Source: Betaproteobacteria bacterium
GTDB lineage: Bacteria > Bacillota > SHA-98 > UBA4971
NCBI GenBank assembly: GCA_050260395.1
Contig: JBLNCC010000058.1
Span: forward strand, 3,466-67,465
Length of the DNA stretch: 64,000 nucleotides
Direction: 5' to 3'
The first letter of the stretch is position 1. Each line of letters opens with the position of its first letter. Below the pieces are notes generated by a model, which worked only from the letters and a program-made list of their open reading frames with translations, searched no databases and was not told where the DNA came from. Position numbers and translations under genes: made by a program. Below, in pieces: positions 58,640-64,000 of this stretch.

Positions 58640-60313
58640 ATGGTCAAGAAGAGTTGTTGGATATGGCGCAAGACTTGCATCGTCCCGATTATCGTGATTT
58701 TCGTAATGGCCGTGTCTTCTCTTGCCGCGTTTGCGTGCACATCGATATTGGTGACTCCGGGAGCATCGGTGGACGGCTCGGCTTCGGTAACGCAGACGTG
58801 TGACAGCGGCTCGAGCCCGTTCCAGATCTGGAAGGTGCCCGCCAAGGACTGGGAGCCCGGTTCCATGGTGGACGTGCTGAACCTTCCTCAATACACCAAC
58901 GGTTACCAAATCCGCGAGGTCGCAATGAATCCGACCGGCAACAAGATCCCGCAGGTGCCGCACACCTATGGCTATATCATGGCCCTCTTCGGGGTGATCA
59001 ACGAGAAGCAGGTTGGAATAGGGGAAACCACCATAGGTGGGCGCCGGGAGTTTCGCAACTCCAATGGGTTCTTCGATATAACAAATCTGTCCGTGCTCGC
59101 GATGGAGCGCGCGGCGACCGCCCGCGAGGCCGTCCAAATCATGGGCGATCTTGCCGTCAAGTACGGGTACAAGGACAACGGGGAAGAGCTATCGATCTCA
59201 GATCCCAAGGAGTGCTGGGTGTTCGAGATAGTGGGGCCGGGTCCCCTGTGGGAGCAGGGGAGCAGTGAGCCTGGGGCCTTCTGGGTGGCGCAGCGGGTGC
59301 CCGATGGGCACGTCGCGGTTTCGGCGAACTCCGCTATCATCGGCAACATCGACTTCGATGACCACGAGAACTTCATGTATGGCCCCGGCATCAGGGAGTA
59401 CGCAACCGAGAAGGGCTGGTGGGACCCGGCAAGCGGCAAGCCTCTCAACTGGCGATGGGACTTCAATGGTGCGGTGAGGACCGACTACAGCTACAGACGC
59501 GTGTGCGAGGTCTTCCGGAGAGTCGCGCCGTCGCTTGCCTCTGAGATCACGGAATCGGATCCTCCGTTCTCAGTGCCTGCCGAGAAGAAACTGTCGATAC
59601 AGGACATCAACGCCCTGCAGCGTGACCACTACGAGAATACCCAGTTTGACATGAGGACGAGCATCACCGCCGGGCCGTGGGGCAACCCCCGCCGGTACCA
59701 GCCGCAGACCTGGAAAGTCGATGACCAGACTTACGCGTGGAACAGGATGATCTCCTCCGTCCAGTGCGAGTACACCATTACCACCCAGTCCCGGGGCTGG
59801 CTGCCGGACGAAATCGGCGCTCTCGTATGGTATGGCGCGGCGAACCCGGATGCCACATGCTATGTGCCGCTCTATGCTTCGATGACAGAAATCAATCCGA
59901 TCATGAACACCGAGGCCGGGTCGCAGCAGCAGTTCACCCGCAAGTCCTACTGGTGGGCCATCTCCGCGGTCAGCACTTACGCGGACCTGAAGTACTCCTA
60001 CATGATAAAGGACATCAACGCGTGGCAGGAAAAGTACGAAGGTGCCGCGTTCAAATCGCAGGCCGCTATAGAGGCTGCGGCGCTCAATCTCTACAAACAA
60101 GATCCGAAGCTCGCCGTTGAGTTTCTGACGAGGTACTGCAACAGGAACGTCGAAGTGGTGCGGGATGCCTGGTGGGAGCTGCTCGACTACCTCATCTGGA
60201 AGTACAACGCCGGGTTCATGGTCGAGGACGGGAAGATCAAGACCATAGGCTATCCTGAAACATGGCTGAAGAGGGTCATTCAGCTCGACGAGCCGGACCA
60301 CTACAAGAAGTGA
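58640..60313 (+). CDS. Secreted peptidase C69-family Ntn hydrolase (dipeptidase-like), paralogue 1
   Basis: A signal/anchor then the nucleophile context 'AFACTSILVTPGASVDGSASVTQTCD', plus 'GVINEKQVGIGETT'. About 555 aa. Confidence 0.7.
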   Translation: MVKKSCWIWRKTCIVPIIVIFVMAVSSLAAFACTSILVTPGASVDGSASVTQTCDSGSSPFQIWKVPAKDWEPGSMVDVLNLPQYTNGYQIREVAMNPTGNKIPQVPHTYGYIMALFGVINEKQVGIGETTIGGRREFRNSNGFFDITNLSVLAMERAATAREAVQIMGDLAVKYGYKDNGEELSISDPKECWVFEIVGPGPLWEQGSSEPGAFWVAQRVPDGHVAVSANSAIIGNIDFDDHENFMYGPGIREYATEKGWWDPASGKPLNWRWDFNGAVRTDYSYRRVCEVFRRVAPSLASEITESDPPFSVPAEKKLSIQDINALQRDHYENTQFDMRTSITAGPWGNPRRYQPQTWKVDDQTYAWNRMISSVQCEYTITTQSRGWLPDEIGALVWYGAANPDATCYVPLYASMTEINPIMNTEAGSQQQFTRKSYWWAISAVSTYADLKYSYMIKDINAWQEKYEGAAFKSQAAIEAAALNLYKQDPKLAVEFLTRYCNRNVEVVRDAWWELLDYLIWKYNAGFMVEDGKIKTIGYPETWLKRVIQLDEPDHYKK

Positions 60314-60363
60314 ACCAGGCGCAGAGCGGACATGATCGTTCCAGTTGATGGAGGTGGGAATAT

Positions 60364-62031
60364 ATGAGAAGACGCAGCTGGTTCGCGCGCCCGCAAGTGT
60401 GGGCGGTATCTTCCGTCGTCGTTGCCCTGGTGTGCCTCTTTTCGGTCGGGGCGTTCGCATGCACCACGATACTAGTCTCCCCCGGGGCGTCCGTGGACGG
60501 CTCCGCTTCGGTGACTCAGACCGCCGACTGTGGAATGTGCACGTTTGAAATCGAGAAAGTTCCGGCGAAGGACTGGCCGGAGGGCTCTACCGTTGAAGTG
60601 CCGTTTCTCCCGCAGTTTACGGGCGGGTATCAGATACACGATGTGATGAAGCCTACCGGCGTTTTCATCCCGCAGGTGAAGCACACCTATGGCTACATCA
60701 AAGGGATCTTTGGAATGATCAACGAGAAGCAGGTCGGGATCGGGGAGACAACAACGAGCAACCGTCCTGAGTCGAAGAACAGCAACGGGATCCTGGACAT
60801 CACCAACTTGTCCATGTTCGCAATGGAGCGGGCGGCCAGCGCGCGAGAGGCCATCCGCGTGATGGGTGATCTCGCGGTGAAATACGGTTACAAGGACAAC
60901 GGCGAGGCTCTCGCTGTGTCGGACCCGCACGAGGTATGGTTGTTCGAGATCTCCGGCCCGGGCCCGCTCTGGGAGCCCGGGTGCGGGGAGCCTGGCGCCT
61001 ACTGGGTAGCGGAAAGGGTTCCAGACGGGCACATCGCGTCGTGCTGCAACAACGCGGTCATAAATGTGATCGACTGGGACGATTCCGAGAACTTCATGTA
61101 CGGCCCTGGAATAAAGGAATTCGCCATCGAGAAGGGCTGGTACGACCCCTCGAGCGGCGAGCCGTTCAGCTGGAGGAAGCACTTCTGCAACGCCACCCGC
61201 TACGCCACTTGTGCGAGGCGCGTCTGGCGCATCTTCTCCCTTGCGGCTCCGTCTCTCGCCGGCACGCTCAATGAAGAGGATCTGCCTTTCTCGGTGCCTG
61301 TGGACAAGAAGCTGTCCATAGCTGACATTGCCGCGATCAACCGCGACCACTATGAAGGGACGCCGTACGACGCTACCAAGGGCATCATGGCCGGCCCCTG
61401 GGGCGATCCTCGCAGGAAGGGCACGATACCGCCTATCGATGGAGAGCGCTATGCTTTCCAGCGCATGATTGCCATACCTGGGTGCGAATACAGCATAATA
61501 ACGCAATCCAGGGCGTACCTTCCGGACGAGATCGGAGGGGTGCTCTGGTACGCTCCCGCGAACCCGGACGCCAGCACCTACGTGCCGGTCTACAACAGCG
61601 TCACTAAGATCTCGGACTCCTTGAATACCGAGGCTGGCGACCATCACACGCTCACCCGCAGCTCTTATTGGTGGGCGGTGTCGACTGTAAGCACATACGC
61701 TGACCTCAAATACTCCTACATCATCAAGGACATCCAGGCGGTTCGGGACCAGTATGAGGGGTTTGCCCTCAAGACGCAGGCGGCCATCGACGCGGCGGCG
61801 CTTCAGCTCTATCAGCAGGATCCAGCGCTTGCGGTGGACTTCTTGACGGACTACTGCAACCGGAACGTCGAGGCGGCTCGCGATGCGTATTGGGCGCTGC
61901 TCGACAAGCTCATGTGTAAGTACAACGCGCTCACGATCACCGAGGATGGGAAGATCACCACTCCGACCCTTCCGGCAGAGTGGGTGAGGATGATGATCAA
62001 GTTCGACTCCGGTGACTGGTACAAGCAATAG
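60364..62031 (+). CDS. Secreted peptidase C69-family Ntn hydrolase, paralogue 2
   Basis: 'AFACTTILVSPGASVDGSASVTQTAD'. Collinear with paralogue 1 along its full length. Confidence 0.7.
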   Translation: MRRRSWFARPQVWAVSSVVVALVCLFSVGAFACTTILVSPGASVDGSASVTQTADCGMCTFEIEKVPAKDWPEGSTVEVPFLPQFTGGYQIHDVMKPTGVFIPQVKHTYGYIKGIFGMINEKQVGIGETTTSNRPESKNSNGILDITNLSMFAMERAASAREAIRVMGDLAVKYGYKDNGEALAVSDPHEVWLFEISGPGPLWEPGCGEPGAYWVAERVPDGHIASCCNNAVINVIDWDDSENFMYGPGIKEFAIEKGWYDPSSGEPFSWRKHFCNATRYATCARRVWRIFSLAAPSLAGTLNEEDLPFSVPVDKKLSIADIAAINRDHYEGTPYDATKGIMAGPWGDPRRKGTIPPIDGERYAFQRMIAIPGCEYSIITQSRAYLPDEIGGVLWYAPANPDASTYVPVYNSVTKISDSLNTEAGDHHTLTRSSYWWAVSTVSTYADLKYSYIIKDIQAVRDQYEGFALKTQAAIDAAALQLYQQDPALAVDFLTDYCNRNVEAARDAYWALLDKLMCKYNALTITEDGKITTPTLPAEWVRMMIKFDSGDWYKQ

Positions 62032-62212
62032 CTGCGTCACATCCGTGCGGCAGCCGGGCCCCGCGGTTTGCGAGCCCTTTGACTCAAGCGCCGGGGCCCC
62101 CTGCCGCGCGGACAGCGCGCGTTTTGCCGCCCGGGCTTCCGGGTGGCGGGCGAGGCACATTCCGCTATGTCCTGGTATGAGAGACGGATACCCAACACAA
62201 GGAGGAAATGCG

Positions 62213-63055
62213 GTGAAATCCCGGCGTCTCCTTTCTGCCGTAGCTGTGGTGACAGTTGCACTTTGCTTGTGGCCCCTCGACTTGTCAAACGTGGCGGCCG
62301 TGGCGGCCGCGGCCGCGGAGCCAATCGTCAATATCCAGCTCAACGACGGCGACGAACTGGGCCCTGTGAAGGCGATGATGGACGAGCTTGTGAAACGTGG
62401 GATCAGGGCCACGCTGTGGGTTAGCCGGTCGGACCTCGTGCCCGAGTGGCAGGCGTACCTCAAGGAGATCGTCGGGAAAGGCTGCGAAATCGGTGTGAAG
62501 GCTGATGCGGACATCTCGAAGCTTTCATACGAGGAGCAGGTAGGGCTGGTGCAGCCCATCATGGGGGCGATCAGTGCGTGCACCGGGAAGCGTCCGAAGG
62601 GGTTCAGGGCAACGGGCTTTGCGTGGAACGAGGCCAGCATGGAGGTGGCTGACGAGCTCGGGTTCATGTATTTCATGGCCAGCGTGGGCTCCCCCCCTGG
62701 CGAGTTCGATAGCACTCTCTACTTCCCACCCAAGCACCGGTTCGGCGTGTTCGGTGTTACGAGGGCACTCTATCCCGACGGCACCAGGAACATTCTCTGT
62801 GATGTCCCCGCATCGAGGAGGATGAGCTCAAAGGAGTACCTGCACCTGCTATGTGAGACTCTCGATGACTGCATTGCCACCGGCAAGGCTCTTGTGGTGC
62901 AATGGCATCCGGCCACTATCACTAAGCCCGACCCTGGGAACCCGTGGTGGCAGGCTTTCATCGGGTTCCTGGACTACCTTGAAAGCCGCCGCGGGGAAGT
63001 CTGGTGCGCTACAGGGGAGGACCTCGTGGTATTCGGGACAGCGTGCGACTGCTAA
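62213..63055 (+). CDS. Secreted polysaccharide-deacetylase-like (CE4/NodB-like) protein, tentative
   Basis: Signal peptide 'VKSRRLLSAVAVVTVALCLW', then 'NIQLNDGDE' and 'FRATGFAWN'. AAGGAGG sits 7 nt before GTG 62213. The fold assignment is weak. Confidence 0.45.
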   Translation: MKSRRLLSAVAVVTVALCLWPLDLSNVAAVAAAAAEPIVNIQLNDGDELGPVKAMMDELVKRGIRATLWVSRSDLVPEWQAYLKEIVGKGCEIGVKADADISKLSYEEQVGLVQPIMGAISACTGKRPKGFRATGFAWNEASMEVADELGFMYFMASVGSPPGEFDSTLYFPPKHRFGVFGVTRALYPDGTRNILCDVPASRRMSSKEYLHLLCETLDDCIATGKALVVQWHPATITKPDPGNPWWQAFIGFLDYLESRRGEVWCATGEDLVVFGTACDC

Positions 63056-63247
63056 GCGGGGGCGCAGAAATGCTCCCGGTTTTTGGGAGGGGTTACGGTG
63101 ATTGCACAAGGGGCGTCAAAACCCGGCCATCTGCCCGACGGGCCGGGTTTTGTCAAGGCGCCTCGCTTGGGGCGCCGTCCCCGAGTGCAACACCGGCAAC
63201 CCGGCACCTACTGGAAATGGGGCAAGGACTGACGCACCCTCACTTAG
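63052..63247 (+). repeat. Structured interspersed element, copy 8 (full length)
   Basis: gc-TA-AGCGGGGGCGCAGAAATGCTCCCGG...GCACCCTCACT-TA-gc. The upstream gene's stop TAA (63053-63055) is formed at its left end. Confidence 0.9.
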
Positions 63248-63297
63248 CCGGAGAGATGGATTGAGAGTACTGGCTTGAAGGAGGCTGCGATTCTGAA

Positions 63298-63978
63298 ATG
63301 ACACGATTTCTGACGTCCAAACATGGTCCTAAAATGCTGGTTTTTGCGGTCCTGGCGGTAGTCTTGGCTGGAAGTGTCGGGACTTGCTTGGCGCAGGAGA
63401 CCCCATCGGCCAAGCTGCCGCTCCTGATCGTTTCGGCGGGGCAGAGCACGGGCATCTACGTGGCTAACGCGCTTGCGGACAGAATCAAACTGCCGTACGA
63501 CTGGGCTGACGTTCCTACGGAGAAGGAGATCGCGGCCGGGGTCGGCCTCGCGGGTATGAAGCCCGGTCCCGGGGTACACGTCGAGTCCCATCAGCAGGGC
63601 AAGTTCGCCAGCGGCGCTCCTTACAAGACGGTTATTCTCGTGATGGGCGCAAGCCTGAAGGGAATGGGCGCTTCGGGTCTTGACGTCGCGGGAGAGGTCG
63701 CGCGGCTGAAAAAGATAATCAACTACTGCAAGAGCAAGAACATACTCCTCATCGGGATGCACGTGGAGGGCAAGGCGGGACGCGGTCGGAAAGGAAGCGA
63801 GCAGGAGGACATCATAGACGCCGTCGCTCCTTACGTTGACTACCTCATGGTCATGAGCGCTAGCAACTTTGACGATAGGTTCACGAACATTGCGAAGGAG
63901 AAGAACATACCCCTTTCGGTTGCGAACAACATGAACGAAATGGCGGACTTCATGGCAAAGGTGTTCGGCATCAAGTAA
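63298..63978 (+). CDS. Secreted protein of unknown function
   Basis: Signal peptide 'MLVFAVLAVVLAGSVGTCLAQ' and a clean ORF with an upstream GAAGGAGG. No recognisable catalytic motif. Confidence 0.6.
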   Translation: MTRFLTSKHGPKMLVFAVLAVVLAGSVGTCLAQETPSAKLPLLIVSAGQSTGIYVANALADRIKLPYDWADVPTEKEIAAGVGLAGMKPGPGVHVESHQQGKFASGAPYKTVILVMGASLKGMGASGLDVAGEVARLKKIINYCKSKNILLIGMHVEGKAGRGRKGSEQEDIIDAVAPYVDYLMVMSASNFDDRFTNIAKEKNIPLSVANNMNEMADFMAKVFGIK

Positions 63979-64000
63979 TAGCGCGCAGCCGGTTTGCGTC

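Overview
GC-rich chromosomal window from an endospore-forming Firmicute (Bacillota). All calls rest on reading the six-frame translations and the DNA by eye; no searches were run. The backbone is housekeeping with Bacillus/Clostridia-like synteny: mfd-spoVT-spoVB/yabM-like-mazG-yabP-yabQ-divIC-yabR, then coaX ... dus ... greA-lysS. Other genes include speE, fur-feoB-feoA, pdxS-pdxT, glyA, a four-subunit 2-oxoacid:ferredoxin oxidoreductase, a Ser T-box leader plus serS, and four tRNAs (Ala, Ser, Ser, Arg). Two accessory-looking blocks stand out. The first is a tightly packed 11-gene operon (29958-41590) behind a SorC-family regulator. It encodes an ECF transporter, PfkB kinase, ADP-ribosylglycohydrolase-family enzyme, DhnA/LsrF-type aldolase, Zn-dehydrogenase, FGGY kinase, MFS transporter and two secreted proteins; its substrate is unknown. 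The second is a poly-gamma-glutamate locus (pgsB-pgsC plus a 'PGA system' protein, no pgsA) divergent from two tandem secreted C69-type Ntn peptidases and a deacetylase-like protein. The signal no gene call explains is a family of ~200-bp, inverted-repeat-bounded, multi-hairpin intergenic elements. There are eight copies (one 5'-truncated) in both orientations, mostly flanked by TA. Four of them supply or overlap the stop codon of a neighbouring gene, and one sits directly behind a perfect consensus promoter in the speE leader. They look like an undescribed MITE-like or structured-RNA family. Other oddities are a single ORF fusing the HflX GTPase to a tRNA-dihydrouridine synthase, and feoB broken by a frameshift next to a Gly-X-Y repeat insert. 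Many long antisense ORFs in the track are GC-driven shadows.
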